A stretch of 62,883 bases of DNA, the filler included, from Craspedostauros australis (Eukaryota): assembly GCA_030167865.1 (NCBI GenBank). It is 19 parts of 19 records of this genome, joined end to end, with 100 filler letters (N's around TTAATTAATTAA, not from the genome) between each part and the next. Parts side by side here need not be neighbours in the genome. Positions count along the whole stretch, not along the records: positions 41,282 to 52,494 come from JALAGF010001314.1; positions 52,595 to 55,115 come from JALAGF010001315.1; positions 55,216 to 58,443 come from JALAGF010001316.1; 16 more parts are not named here. One strand, given 5' to 3'. Position numbers and translations under genes: made by a program. The notes under the pieces are model-generated. The model was given only the letters and a program-made list of their open reading frames with translations, made no database searches and was not told where the DNA came from. Shown here one piece after another: positions 45,140-58,543 of this stretch (within the stretch, counting starts at the first letter, position 1; each line of letters opens with the position of its first letter).

Positions 45140-48100
45140 ATGGAATCATGGATGAACAGCAGCGAAGATGACGATCATCCGACCAGCACCCGCAAACGCT
45201 TCGTCAAGGAGGATCAGGCGCCGAAGAAGATCTCCCACATCCAATTCGGGTTGCTGTCTCCGGCGGAAATCCAGCGGCTCGCCGAGTTCCAGGTCACTTC
45301 GAGAGAGCTCTTCAGCATGCCGGCGCGAACACCGGCCCCGGGAGGCTGCCTGGACCCAAGGCTGGGAGTCAGCGACAAGGTCTCCGTCTGCGCAACGTGC
45401 AAACGCAAGCTCGTGGACTGCGCGGGGCATTTCGGATACATCCATTTGGCGTTGCCCGTCTTTCACATTGGGTACCTGCGCCACACCGTGCAGCTGCTGC
45501 AATGCATCTGCAAAACGTGCTCCAGGGTGTTGCTGGGAGATGCCGAGCACGCCGCGTACCTTGCCAAGATGCGCAACCCACGTACGGACATCCTTGCCAA
45601 GGGCGCGTGTCTCAAGAAGGTCATCGAGAAATGCAAGAAGTCACGGTCGTGTCCTCATTGCGGCGCGTCCAACGGAACGGTCAAGAAGATCACGGGCGTG
45701 CCGACGTTGAAGATCATCCACGAACGCTACAAGGGCAGGCACTTTGAGGATGACATGGAGAAGCTGATGGATGCGCTTGGACCGGCCATGGAACTCAACA
45801 AAGACATGGAAAGCGTCGTCAAGCCCTCGAGTCCACCTCACGAAGACTTGCTGCCAAACCGGGTCCTCGAACTCTTCAAGAAGATCCCCGATGATGATTG
45901 CGAAATCATGTGGTTGGACCCCATGATCGGACGTCCCGAGAATCTCATCTTGCAGAAGATATTGGTCCCGCCAGTTCCCATCCGACCCTCCGTTGCCATG
46001 GACGTCGGCGGGGGCAGCAACGAAGATGACCTCACAGTGAAGCTGCAGGAGATCATCGATATCAATGTCGCCATTGAGCTCGCGCTGACCAAGGGACCGC
46101 AATCCAGGACCATCATGGAGGAATGGGACTTCCTGCAGGTGCAGGTGGCGCAGTACATCAATGGAGACATGCCTGGCATTCAGCGACAGATCGGCGCGAA
46201 GCCCATGCGAGGATTCTGCCAACGGTTGAAGGGAAAGCAAGGTCGATTCCGTGGTAATCTATCCGGGAAACGTGTCGACTTTTCGGCGCGCACCGTCATC
46301 TCGCCCGATCCAAACCTCCGTGTCGATCAGGTCGGCGTTCCCATGCGCGTAGCCAAGACGATGACCTACCCAGGTAAATGATTTTGCTCGGCCCCGCTTG
46401 CCAACACTGCGGTGGCACGGCGGCAGTGCCACCAGTGACAATGCCGAAGAATATTTGATCTCCTCTGCGTACATGTATTTCTGCATGCATCCCATCTCAT
46501 TTCATTTCATCTCGTGTCAAATCAACTGTATGTTTGCGCTCACCATTTTTCGCCGTTGTTTGCCACTCCCAATTCCGTGTGCCGAACGAATACGCATATG
46601 CATCGGATGGTCTCGCTGGATTCACGCAGAACGAGTTTCAAAATACAACAAGAAGAAACTCCAGCAGCTGGTGAGGAATGGGCCCGACGTCCACCCAGGA
46701 GCAAACATGATCCGGATGGGAGACGGCTCCTTCGTCAAATCTCTGGCGTTTGGCGACAGGAACAAAATCGCTCGGAGCCTGAGAGAAGGTGATGTCGTGG
46801 AACGGCACATGGAGGACGGCGACATCGTCCTGTTCAATCGTCAGCCGTCGCTGCATCGTGTGTCCATCATGTCTCATCGGGTCAAGGTGTTGGAATGGCG
46901 CACCTTCCGTTTCAACATCTGTGTTTGTGCACCATACAACGCCGACTTTGACGGGGACGAGATGAATATGCATCTGCCACAAACCGAGGAGGCACGAGCC
47001 GAAGCCTCGTTGCTTATGGGGGTTCACAACAACCTCATCACTCCACGGAACGGCGAACCTCTCGTCGCTGCGAGCCAGGACTTCCTGTCGGCATCGTACC
47101 TGCTGACGCAGCGGGATCGGTTCTTCACATTCGAACAGTTCTGCTCGCTCGTTGCCTACTTTGGAAATGCCGAAGAGCAGATCGATGTGCCACCTCCGAC
47201 TTTGGTCAAGCCAATCAAGCTTTGGACGGGCAAGCAGGTGTTCAGCATGATCATCCGTCCGAACCACGATGCGGAGGTCCTCATCAACTTTGAGACCAAG
47301 GACAAGAATTACACCAAGAACAAGCACTTCTGTCGCAACGATGGCTGGGTCTCTTTTCGCAATAGCGAGCTCATATCGGGAAACGTCGCGAAGAAGACCT
47401 TGGGAGACGGCAGCAAAACTGGACTCATCTACGTGATGTTGCGGGATTTCGGAGTCAAGAGGTGCGCTTCGATCATGGATAGATGGGGCAAGCTCTGTTC
47501 ACGGTACATGGGCACGCACCGCGGCCTCTCCATTGGCATCTCCGACGTAACACCTTCCATTGAACTCACTCAGATGAAGCGCGACATTCTGCTCGAAGGA
47601 TACTTGAAGGCCGACAAGAATATCGATCTGTACGAGAAGGAAGAGCTGGAGCTCCGACCTGGCTGCAATCTGTTGCAATCCCTCGAGGAGATTCTGAACG
47701 GACTGCTCGGGCGACTTCGCGAATCGGCAGGACAGGAAGCAATGAAACGGCTGCCTTGGTCGAACTCTCCCAGAATCATGGCGGACTGCGGTTCCAAGGG
47801 AAGCCCATTGAATATCTCTCAGATGATGGCGTGCGTCGGCCAGCAGGCCGTCGGTGGCATGCGCATCCAAGACGGTTTTGTCAATCGCACGCTACCGCAC
47901 TTCGAATACCACAGTCTGACACCGTCAGCGAAGGGATTTGTGGCGAACTCCTTCTACACTGGCCTCACCGCGACTGAATTCTTCTTTCACATGATGGGAG
48001 GTCGCGAAGGTCTGGTCGATACGGCAGTGAAGACAGCCGAGACAGGATATATGGCCCGTCGTTTGATGAAGGTACGTTTTCAAGTTGTTCCGTGTGCTTG

Positions 48101-50182
48101 TGCTCTCACTACTCGTATCACTGCTTCTGCTGCTGCTGTTGCTCGTGTTGCTGCCTCTGCTTCCGTCAATGCATAAACTATCGCCCCCATTGAATCATCC
48201 CATTGAATCTGTTGTGCCCCGAGATGTGCAGCCCTTGTGGGAATTCAATGGGTACCGCAGTTCGTGACTAGTGATCTGGAGATACTTGCCATCATTTGCA
48301 CAGACGTCGATGCTCACGCATACCATGTCATGCTCACATAACCTTGCACTTGGATTGATTCATGAATCGTAGGCACTGGAGGACCTGTCGATGCAATATG
48401 ACAAGTCTGTGCGGAACAGCGAAAACACAGTCGTCCAGTTCACTTACGGCGACGACGGCTTGAATCCGGATAAGATGGAAAACAATGATCGACCTGTCGA
48501 TTTCAATCGAGTCTTCCTGAGCGTGAGGGAAATCACACCATGTCGCGACGAACCGTCACTGACTGCAGAGGAAATTCGCACCACCATCGAGAGCAAGTTG
48601 AACGAGCATCGGTTTCAATCGTTGCTCCCGCAGGGCTTCGTTTTCCTGAAGGAAATCCGTGACTTCTTTGGTTCATTGGCAAAGAAGTTGGATGACTTGA
48701 CCTTCGATCAGCCCGATGAAGTCACACTGACACAGCGAAGCTGGAACCAATGTCGACTTTCCATGACGCAGCTGGACAAGATTCTGGATGTCGCATTGCA
48801 AAAGTGCACAGCCGCATTCGTCGAACCTGGCGAGGCCGTGGGCGCGACAGGTGCGCAGAGTATTTCGGAACCAGGAACACAGATGACCCTCAAAACATTC
48901 CATTTCAGTGGTATCAGTTCCATGAACGTGACCCTTGGTGTGCCGCGTCTGAAGGAGATCATCAATGCATCCAAGAATATCTCGACTCCTATCATCACAG
49001 TCAAGCTGGAACAAGACAGAAACAAGGTGGCGGCAAGAGTCGTCAAGGCCGGTATCGAAAAGACCACGCTGGGAGAGGTGTCGAAGTACATCAAGGAAGT
49101 GTACTCGCCGTTGGGCTGCTACATCAGCATCAACCTGGACATGGGTGAGTGATATCATTCGTCGTGGATCAGAGAACGGTGGCTGCATTGTATTGTACTT
49201 ACTCTATGTCTTGTGCTGTACCGTGCCAACATGGCGAGGTGTACTGAATGCCGCGACCATCAAACACACACATGAATGCATGGCAGAATACTCTGCCGAA
49301 TTTCGCATTTCATACGTACCCATGTTCAGCCATACTAACAACCATACTCTGTTTCTGTTGGTCCGTACGCATCATATGTGACAATTCCAAATCCCAACAC
49401 GGTCAACATACCTCATCTGACATCTCACCACTCATGTACTATCGACAGATGCCATCGAACAGCTCAAGCTCAACGTTGACAACGAATCCGTCCGACGGTC
49501 TATCCTCTTCGGTTCCAGAGGTATCACACGCCCACCGGCATTGCGAGCACTGGGCGAACAGGATGTCAAGCTAAAGAAGGGATCAACATCCAAATTACGC
49601 GTGTACGTGCCGGGCGACAAGAAGGGATCCATCTACTTTGCGATGCAAGAGCTGAAGACGCTTGTCCCACGGGTGATCGTCCAAGGCATCCCCTCCGTGA
49701 ATCGAGCAGTGATTAACGAGACTGACAAGGATGGGCAGCAGACTTACAATCTCCTCGTGGAGGGATACGGCTTGCAGGATGTCATGGGGAGTCCAGGCAT
49801 CGATGGCAGGCAGACATGGACGAACCATGTTCTGGAGGTGGAGACCGTGCTCGGGGTGGAAGCCGCGAGGACTCAGATTTCGTCGGAGATTTCCTACATC
49901 ATGAATGCGTACGGCATCGGAATCGACAGCCGTCACTTGTTACTCCTGTCTGACGTGATGACATTCAAAGGCGAAGTGCTCGGGATTACGCGCTTTGGCG
50001 TATCCAAGATGCGAGAGAGCGTCCTGATGCTGGCGTCCTTCGAAAAGACCACCGATCATCTTTTCGATGCTTCTGTGCACGGCAGGACCGACGCCATCGT
50101 CGGCGTGAGCGAATGCATCATCATGGGAATCCCCATTCCGATTGGAACGGGGTTGCCCTCACTGCTTTGGAAACCAAAATAG
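45140..50182 (+). CDS. RPC1: RNA polymerase III largest subunit; exons 45140-46373, 46630-48071, 48373-49144, 49449-50182 (~1393 aa)
   Basis: CAGHFG, KGKQGRFRGNLSGKRVDFS, NADFDGD, TAVKTAETGY, TQMTLKTFH, LASFEKT, ECIIMG...GTG; no CTD heptads; three GT-AG introns restore YPE, MKALED and DMDAI. Confidence 0.96.
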
Positions 50183-50603
50183 ACTTCTCCTTCTTTGCAT
50201 CTCCTGTCCTGGCAGCGACAGGGCATCTATTCTACGACCTAAGCGCACGCTGCCGAAAGTCGGTGGGTCCGCCAGCTTCGCACGGAATGTGTCCGGTTGG
50301 TCTTGTTCTTGTTTATGTTCGTTAGTCATGGACGGACAACTTTGGTTCGATATTCTGATTCGCGAGCACCAACACGAATATTGGTGTCCGTAATACGAAA
50401 CAACTGTTCGAAAAACGTACATCGAACACGACGTCAACACAAGAAAGCCCTGTTAGGAACGACATTTCCACGAAACCCCAACAGAAACAAAAACCAGAAC
50501 ACCCAAACGACTCAACGCAACACGAGCACTGCTGACACTGCTGACACACACCCAATCGACCAACCGATCACCTCACCAAACAAGCGAAACCGATCGTCTC
50601 ACA

Positions 50604-52454
50604 ATGGTACACCAGTCGACGTTGATTGTGAACGAGACGAGAATCCGCGACGCTGACGGATTCTGCGGCACGGTCGTCTACGTCGGCACGGTGGCAAGCG
50701 CCAAGAACAGCGAAGAGATCTACGCTGGGATCAGATGGGACGATGCGAGCCGTGGCAAGCATGACGGGTCCGTCATCTGCCGACGCACGAACCAGCTCGT
50801 GAGGCACTTCAGCTGCGGACCGACGCAGGGTAGCTTCCTGCGGCTCAGCAAGGTCGATCTGGGCGCCATTCTAGACGCGGAGATGCTCAAGTCCAAGTAC
50901 GTCGAGATGGATGCTCCGCTGGTGGCGCCGAACAATCTCCTGCCGCATGTCGCGCAGACCTCCAGCGGCCGCGACAAGCCCGTGGAGTTTCTGGGAGAGA
51001 TGAAGATCCGAAGGCAGCAGCAGCTGGGGCAGATCCACAAGATCTCGCTGCGATGCGAAGGAATTTCCAAATGCTGCTCGCAGCAAGAGTTGCAAGACTT
51101 TCAACACATCACCGACATCGACTTGGCAGGCAATCTCATGTCCAACTGGAAGATGGTGATGGAGATCATCCGTTGCTTTCCCAACCTCGAGTGTTTCAGC
51201 GTGGCATCCAACCGCATTCGGGACATGCACGCTCAAATGCAACCGCGTGATCTGCAGCTTCCGCCCGCCCTGCATCAAATCAAGACGCTCAATCTGAATC
51301 GATGCGAGATCAGCACCAGCCGAACCATGGCGTGGATCGGGCGGACCATGCCGAATCTGGAGGAGCTGTGCATTGCCCATTCCGACCTGTCAGATCTGTC
51401 AGATATGCTGGACTTCGAAACAGTGAACCTGAATGACGGGTCGTTCCGACAGCTGCGGTTGCTGGATTGCTCGAGTTGCAATCTGACGGATTGGATGGCG
51501 CAGATATCGAAATTTGGCTCGTTCCCCAATCTGGCGCATCTGAGCTTGGATGATAACGCGCTCACGCCCATTCCGGTAGATGAGAATGCCACGGTTGGAT
51601 CTCAGGAGCAGGCATTCGTGTCTCTGCTGTCGCTACAGATTGCTGGAACGAAGATAGCACGATGGGAGGATATGCGCGGCGTCCATTCACTTGGGATCAA
51701 ATCGTTGCGGCTGAAGAATACCCCGCTGACTTCCACCATGGGGCAAGGCGAAGCACGATCCATGGCAATCGCACAGTTCCCATCTCTCAGCTACTTGAAT
51801 GCGTCGCTGGTATCCACAAACGAAAGAAAGGAGGCAGAGCGACGGTACGTATCAATGGTCACAAGGTTATTGCAATCAACCAGTCTTGAACCTGATGAAG
51901 CGACAAGAGAAAGCAACCGACAATCGTTGCTGGCAAAGCATCCGCAGTATGACACGCTCAAAGATGAGCACCGGGATGTCATCGCCGCAGCATCCAACTC
52001 CACTGCGGGTGGGGCGAGTGGCAGCGGCGGTTCGACCTTGTCCGCGACAGTTGCCAACCTCATGGTCCGTTCCATGGCGGCCAGCAGCTGCAGCATGGAA
52101 CCGCTTGTCCGTCGGTTGCCAGGTAGTTTGACAGTCGGGCGATTGAAGGCGCTGTGTTCGCGGTACTTTGGGCTGGACACAGACCTGATCAGCCTGCATT
52201 ATCGGACACAGGCGGATGCATTCCCGATCGAATTGGACGCAGATGACAATACGTTGGATTACTACGGAGTCAGCGACGGTGGGGAAATGCTGATGAACGA
52301 AGTCGATCTGCGATCTGGTCGGGACTCGCTCAATGGAAAGAGCGTTGATGGCGGTGATGACATTGACACATTTGAATCTAAAGTCAAAGAGCAGGAACGA
52401 GATTTGATAGCCCGCCAAGAGCTGCAGCGGCACATGGAATCGGGTGGGAGGTGA
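50604..52454 (+). CDS. TBCE: Tubulin-specific chaperone E (CAP-Gly + LRR + ubiquitin-like)
   Basis: GTVVYVG...GIRWDD..RGKHDG CAP-Gly; LRRs; ER..AERRY; C-terminal UBL (LP..LTV..LK....R.FG). Confidence 0.93.
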   Translation: MVHQSTLIVNETRIRDADGFCGTVVYVGTVASAKNSEEIYAGIRWDDASRGKHDGSVICRRTNQLVRHFSCGPTQGSFLRLSKVDLGAILDAEMLKSKYVEMDAPLVAPNNLLPHVAQTSSGRDKPVEFLGEMKIRRQQQLGQIHKISLRCEGISKCCSQQELQDFQHITDIDLAGNLMSNWKMVMEIIRCFPNLECFSVASNRIRDMHAQMQPRDLQLPPALHQIKTLNLNRCEISTSRTMAWIGRTMPNLEELCIAHSDLSDLSDMLDFETVNLNDGSFRQLRLLDCSSCNLTDWMAQISKFGSFPNLAHLSLDDNALTPIPVDENATVGSQEQAFVSLLSLQIAGTKIARWEDMRGVHSLGIKSLRLKNTPLTSTMGQGEARSMAIAQFPSLSYLNASLVSTNERKEAERRYVSMVTRLLQSTSLEPDEATRESNRQSLLAKHPQYDTLKDEHRDVIAAASNSTAGGASGSGGSTLSATVANLMVRSMAASSCSMEPLVRRLPGSLTVGRLKALCSRYFGLDTDLISLHYRTQADAFPIELDADDNTLDYYGVSDGGEMLMNEVDLRSGRDSLNGKSVDGGDDIDTFESKVKEQERDLIARQELQRHMESGGR

Positions 52455-52594
52455 ATGCGACGACTGCGACAACAATGGCGATGATGATGACGAANNNNNN
52501 NNNNNNNNNNNNNNNNNNNNNNNNNNNNNNNNNNNNNNTTAATTAATTAANNNNNNNNNNNNNNNNNNNNNNNNNNNNNNNNNNNNNNNNNNNN

Positions 52595-55115
52595 TCGGTC
52601 CACGAACCACCATCGAAGATAGTAGGAGTACGCGAGGTTCGTGTATCCCTCTTGGTACCTGCCGATGACGGTCCACTTGGCCAGGATGACCTCCAGCGTG
52701 AGCGTGATCATCCAGAATGGGATGACCAGCGGGTAGCACATCCAGATGAAAGCTGACGAATCGATGAAGAAGACAACGCGGGTGCGATTGTCGTTGGCCA
52801 GGACTTTGCCGATTTCATAGGCTGGGATGATGGACAAAGCGAACATGAAGAGGATGATGAGCATGCCGATGGCCTGGATGGTGGTGGATGTTGTTTGGGG
52901 GAACTGTTTCTCGTTGCGCATGCTGGTGAGTCTCTTGAGCATTGGGAGACGCGTTGGGAGTGGTTCTCCGTGCGATGTCTCGAGGAAGGTTTCGAGATCC
53001 ATGAGCGTTGAGAATATCTCAAAGCAATTCGGAGGGAGGGTGGTGCTGTACCGTTCTGACAGTGATTGCCGGAGCTCTAGTTCCGCCATGGATGACAGCC
53101 CAACGTCCTTCCATTCATCGTCAGGATTGACTTCTGATCCTGTGTGGCTCTTCACAAGCTCGTAGAAGTCCATGTCTCTGATGTTGTGATCCTCGATGAC
53201 GGATTTCCTTGACGAGAGACGCTTGGATTGACTTGCGAGGCTGCCAATTTGTGTGCTGAAGAAATGTGACTTTCGGATCACGTCCAGCACCATCTTCTGC
53301 GTTCCATCGTGCAGGCGTTGGCGATTTTGGCGTCTCTGGATTTTGCCGCTTGTTGTCTTGGATATGGTGCGTTCTTCCACAGCTGCGATTGTGACAGGTG
53401 TCAATCCGATGTGCTCCATCACGGCCTTTCTGATCTCCTGACAGACTGTTGCAGCATCGTCTGCACGATTGGCTCGGATCTCAAAGACGATCTCGAGCTG
53501 TCCATCGTTGCCTGATTCATCTGATGAGAATGCTGCGACACAGCCTGGACGGACGGCAGATGATGCCTCTTCAACGGCGTGCTCGATATCTTGCGGATAG
53601 TAGTTGACACCATTGACGATGATGATGTCCTTCTTGCGTCCGCAGATGTAGAGATAGTCATCTTGGTAGAATCCGTAGTCTCCCGTTCGCAAGTACACTT
53701 TGCGATCGGTATTGGTGTCGGATGATGAATCGCCTTTGAGTGTAGCTTGGAAGATTTCGGCGGTGAGCTGTGGCCGATTGTAGTATCCGGCTGTCACAGA
53801 GGCCCCGGCGATCCAGATCTCTCCTGTGACGCTGTCTGGACATTGTACTCGGGTATCCGGGTCCACGATGATGATATCGATGGAGCTGTGCAGATTGCTG
53901 CGCTGTGCGATGGCGATGAATGACTGCAGATCTTCACCTTCGCGGATAGTGGAAAGATGAGAGTTATGATTGCAGCTGACACCAACGACGTTCTCCGCCA
54001 GTCCATACGCTGCGAGGAACCAGTCCTTGCGCAAGCCATACGGACAGAATGCATCGGCGAACCCTTTCTCCGTGTCCAGCCGGATTGGCTCTGCGGCATT
54101 CTGGAAATGAAGTACGCTGGAGAGGTCCAGCTTGTGCGTAAGATTTGTCTTGGCCTCGTTGAACTTGCGGGTGACCAACCGATAGGCGAAGTCAGGAGCG
54201 GCGCTGATGTGGCACTTGTGTTGTGACATGAGGTCAATCCAGAGCACCGGGTTGCGGATGAATGCGACGGGGGATATCATGTGGGAACGAAAGGCGCCTG
54301 CCAATGGAGCAATGCCCATCTCGATGAGGCCCATGTCATGGTACTGCGGCAACCAAGAGCATATGGCGATGCGCTTTGGGATGTTGCTCGTATCACCCAG
54401 CTGGTCTTGAAATGAAGCGAACCAGTAGCTCTGTCCGAGCTCGATGTTGGCCTGCAGTGCTTTGTGGGTGACCATGACGCCCTTGGGATTGCCGGTGCTC
54501 CCGGATGTGTACTGGAGGAACGCCAGATCCGACCCCTCAATGTTTGGTTCATCGAAGGACGGTGGCGGCGACGAGAAGCGGCCAGAGATGAGGTTGGAAA
54601 GGAGGCCTTTCTGTGTCTGCTTGGAGTTGTTGTTGCTCTTGCTGTTACTGTTGCTTTTGTTGTTGTTGCTCTTGTTGGCGATGAACGGATCGTGACGGAT
54701 GATGCGATCGGTAACTTGGTACTTGACACCGCTCGGCCACATGGCGCGGCTCTTGGATGCTGGGTTGGCGCGATCGGCGGCTCGAAGGAGATTGATGGAT
54801 GTTTGGGTGAGGATGAGTGCTGGAGCGCAATCCTCGACCACCTTGTTCATCTTGGTGAGCGATTTGACGAGCGGAGGTCCCGGAGGGTAGACCAGCACGG
54901 CAGTCACGCCTGCACGGAGACATCCCAAGAAGACAGCGAAGAAGTGCAGACCAAAGTCGTAGCAGAGGACGACGCGATCACCTTTGTTGGTGCCCCATTT
55001 ATTGCGAAGGAGGTGGGCGCAGTGCCCCGCTTCATCCCAAAGCTGCTGGAAGGTGTAGTTGTTCACTGCCTTTCCCTTGTCGTTGTACCAGGTGGAGAAG
55101 ACGGTGTCGGACTTG
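52595..55115 (-). CDS. Fatty acyl-AMP ligase + ACP + membrane Pls/PosA-like domain (NRPS-like), partial at both ends
   Basis: FLQYTSGSTGNPKGV, SWLPQYHDMGLI, YGLAE, YLRTGD, GRKKD, YPQDIE, KTTSGKIQR; ACP-like VGLSSM; two TM helices then KWTVIGRY.EG......YYLRWWFVDR. Confidence 0.87.
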
Positions 55116-57031
55116 NNNNNNNNNNNNNNNNNNNNNNNNNNNNNNNNNNNNNNNNNNNNTTAATTAATTAANNNNNNNNNNNNNNNNNNNNNNNNNNNNN
55201 NNNNNNNNNNNNNNNCGCGCAGTCATCATCTTGTCTTGCAGAGGAAGAGTCACACGATGTCTCTTCCTCTGTTGTGACTCGTTTTTCATGACGTGGAATA
55301 CGCTCCCTGTGACGTAGAAGACGGATCAGCGAGAGCAAACACACAATAGCTCTAAATATCCAATCGCCGTTTCTCCCAAAAGCAAGCAAACCAGTGGCAA
55401 CAAGGGGCCAAAACTCCACAACTAGTGTTATCGTTGGTGCATCAACTACGATTTGCACCTCGTATGAGTACATCCTTCTGTGATGGTCTTGGGGGAGTCA
55501 ATCACGATACTATTATTATGCTCCGATCGATACGCTTCTTCGGGAGTTGGATGTTATCGAACGACTCCGATGGGCTGATCCACGATGTGAAGAATCCACC
55601 ACGATGACTTCTTCAGTGGACATCAGAGGCGTTTTCTCGCGTTTTGTGGTGAGGATGAGGGTGACAATGATGACGATGGCGATGACACCACTCGTGTTTC
55701 AATCCACAACAAACGTATCCAAGACTCCTTCCTGCCACCACGATGCGATTGGCATGATGCGATCGTCAAACAGCACAACAACACCACAAGAAGCAGACTT
55801 CAAGACACTCCTCGCTTTCGTTCTTGGCGCCTCACCATGTTAGCACTATGATCGTACCCATGCACGCACAGAACGCCTCATCGTCAGTCGCCACTCACAT
55901 GGACAAAGGTCAAGACAAGGAGGTGATTGGAGCAGTGTGCACACCATCCCGCTGCCATCGCCGAGTTGATCATCATGATTGTAGTACAACCATCAAGCCA
56001 CAACACCGCCATGTTCGTCATCACGTCATGATCCATCCACGCAAATCATGAGGATTCTTTCCATCGCTCGCATCTGCGTGGCAGTTGTGCTCCTCAGTTC
56101 TGTCATTGTCGATTCTACTGTTCGTGCTGATGATGGTGCTGATGATGGTGGTGCTGGTGCTGGTGATGTCAAGCAGCAGGATCGGGAACCGCAACTGAAC
56201 ATGATGCATCCACAACGTCTGCGGCTGTTCTAACTGCGCATCCCCGCACATGCGGCAAGGCACGGCATGTGGCGCCAATCGCAACAGCAGCAACAAGAGC
56301 AACAGCAACAACCCTCTTCGACGATTCAACATGGGTTCCACTGTGCAGAACACACCAGGGCACCATGTGACACACCACCTCCTCATCCATCTCTATCCGA
56401 ACAGCCACCTTATTCGTGAGTGAATTGGCGATCAGTCCCGTGTTCAACCAACCATCGACTCTCGGCGATAGATTGGTGACCATGACGATGATGGATTCAT
56501 CATCGAACACCCCCACACTGCACCTTCGGGCACCGCATCTTCCCGTGCAGCTCCGAGATCCCTCCCACTACCACTGCAACGCAATGTAACGCAATGCAAC
56601 GCAACGCAATGCAATTCAAACAAAGACAGGAGATGAAGCTGCGCGAGCAATTCATCTCCAACAGCGCAGACACTCATCATCTCCCAAGACAAGTGATGAT
56701 GATTGATCCGCGAACAAGACATCGCACGATGTCCGACCATTTCGCAGCCACAACAATTGGCTTTGGCAAGTTCTTGTCCTGCTCTTTGATTTGGCGATAT
56801 CTGTTTTGTGGCATCTCATGAAGCAACATTCCGCAGCAAGCAGACGAAGACTTGCCTCCTGGATCGTGGTGTGACGACGCAGGTGATGAGAAGCACAGAC
56901 TTGATCAGACAATCTCAAGGAAGCGAAGGCAACTTGTTTGAACACAAATCGTGGACATCCGGACTCCAGTGCAATCGATGCAGCATTGGCCGTTCTTCTC
57001 TTCCCTCAATCACAACGCTGGCTTGTTGATC

Positions 57032-58443
57032 ATGAAGGCACTGTGGCCATTCGACGCTGCTACGCTATTTGCGGCGATGATCGCTGCGAGTGCAGTCCCA
57101 ACAGCAAGCGCTATTGAGAATACAACGGTGAGTCACCTGGATCATCGCACTCATTGCCCTCTGGTGGCCTTCACTGACGTCTTCCATGTTGGGTTCTTCG
57201 CCCGCTGAATCCGTACAATACGTCCATTCGCTCGTATACATGTATGCATGCATGCATTTATGCTCGCACTCAACCCAGACTCTTCCGTCAAATCTTCTCT
57301 CTCGCTCGCTCGCTGTGTTCACGCTGCCTGTGCTTGCGATCATCACAACAAATCGGACGGAACGAATCCGCTCAATCGACTTGAACTGCAACGACTGTGC
57401 CCCTCACAACAACTACGACATCACGCTGCAGCATCCCACACCGGCACCGCTTTGCGATGAATGGAGATTCGCAGCCACTGACGGAGATCTCTTGAATCAA
57501 ACCTCTCAATCTCTCAGATTCGATGTAGCGATTTTTGAAGACGTTCAAATCAACTCCATCAAAGTGTTTCTGGCTCCTGGATTTTCCAACATGCCATACA
57601 AGATCTTCTTTCATCCCGACATCTGGCAGGTGGAGACCGGGAATTGGACTCAGATCGCCTCAGGCAACAATGGAGAAGTCGACTCTGATGGATTCACGGC
57701 CTCTCTTCCATTTGATTCGCCTCTGTCCTTTTCAGCGGATACTGGCTTGATTTCCTTTCGCATCGACATGGCAAACCGGCTGGTGAACTTCCGCGCGGAC
57801 TTCCCGACTTTCCTCGGGCCGCCCATTGCAGACTGCCCGAATTGCCCGTTCGGAGTATCTGTGGGACTTGCCAGCGCGGAAGTTGATGGCAATCTATCCA
57901 GCATCGTTCCAGATGTTCTATTCGCCTTTCCGGGGGTGCTCGAATTCTGTCGCGGCCTCGCCAGTGCGACGCCAACCGAATCCCTCTCCATCACAGCATC
58001 GCCGACAGCCTTGGCATCTGTCGCTCCGACCGTGGCGCCGACAGCTACTTGTCGAAGCGGGGAGGCAGTGGGCCTGCCTCGGCCGTTCTTTATCGACCAA
58101 GTGGAATCGCAGCGATTCGATATTGAGGTGCTGGACACGGTCGAGATCACTGGCATGGGACTTGCTCTATCCACCGTGGGTAATCAACCATATTCCATCT
58201 TCTACCGTCTCAGTCCATGGGATGCGCCTGGTGTCTGGACGAAGATTGCATCCGGAACCATCGAGGCGAGAGGCATCGACGAGTTCACAGATGTGATCAC
58301 GTTTGATCCACCACTGTCTTTTTCAGCAAGCGATGGCGTGGTCGCCATCCGCATCGACACTCGCACAAACCAATTGGGGGATATTGCGACCAGCATTGAG
58401 CCAATCCCGTCAGATTGGTTCGACTGCCAGAACTGCCCATTCA
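57032..58443 (+). CDS. Secreted protein with two tandem ~150-aa beta-rich domains; exon 1 57032-57127, exon 2 from 57432, 3' truncated
   Basis: Signal MKALWPFDAATLFAAMIAASAVPTASA; phase-0 GTGAGT...TGCAG intron; repeated RFD(V/I)...PY.IF....W...WT.IASG...FD.PLSFSA..G...RID...DC.NCPF. Confidence 0.75.
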
Positions 58444-58543
58444 NNNNNNNNNNNNNNNNNNNNNNNNNNNNNNNNNNNNNNNNNNNNTTAATTAATTAAN
58501 NNNNNNNNNNNNNNNNNNNNNNNNNNNNNNNNNNNNNNNNNNN

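Noticed and set aside
45140..50182. Split (archaeal/viral-like) or pseudogenised RNA polymerase subunit
   Set aside because: Three canonical GT-AG introns (256, 301 and 304 bp) rebuild an intact RPC1
55216..56900. Short ORFs, including signal-peptide-like 56048-56233
   Set aside because: No consistent frame or recognisable domain; possibly a decayed gene, but unsupported
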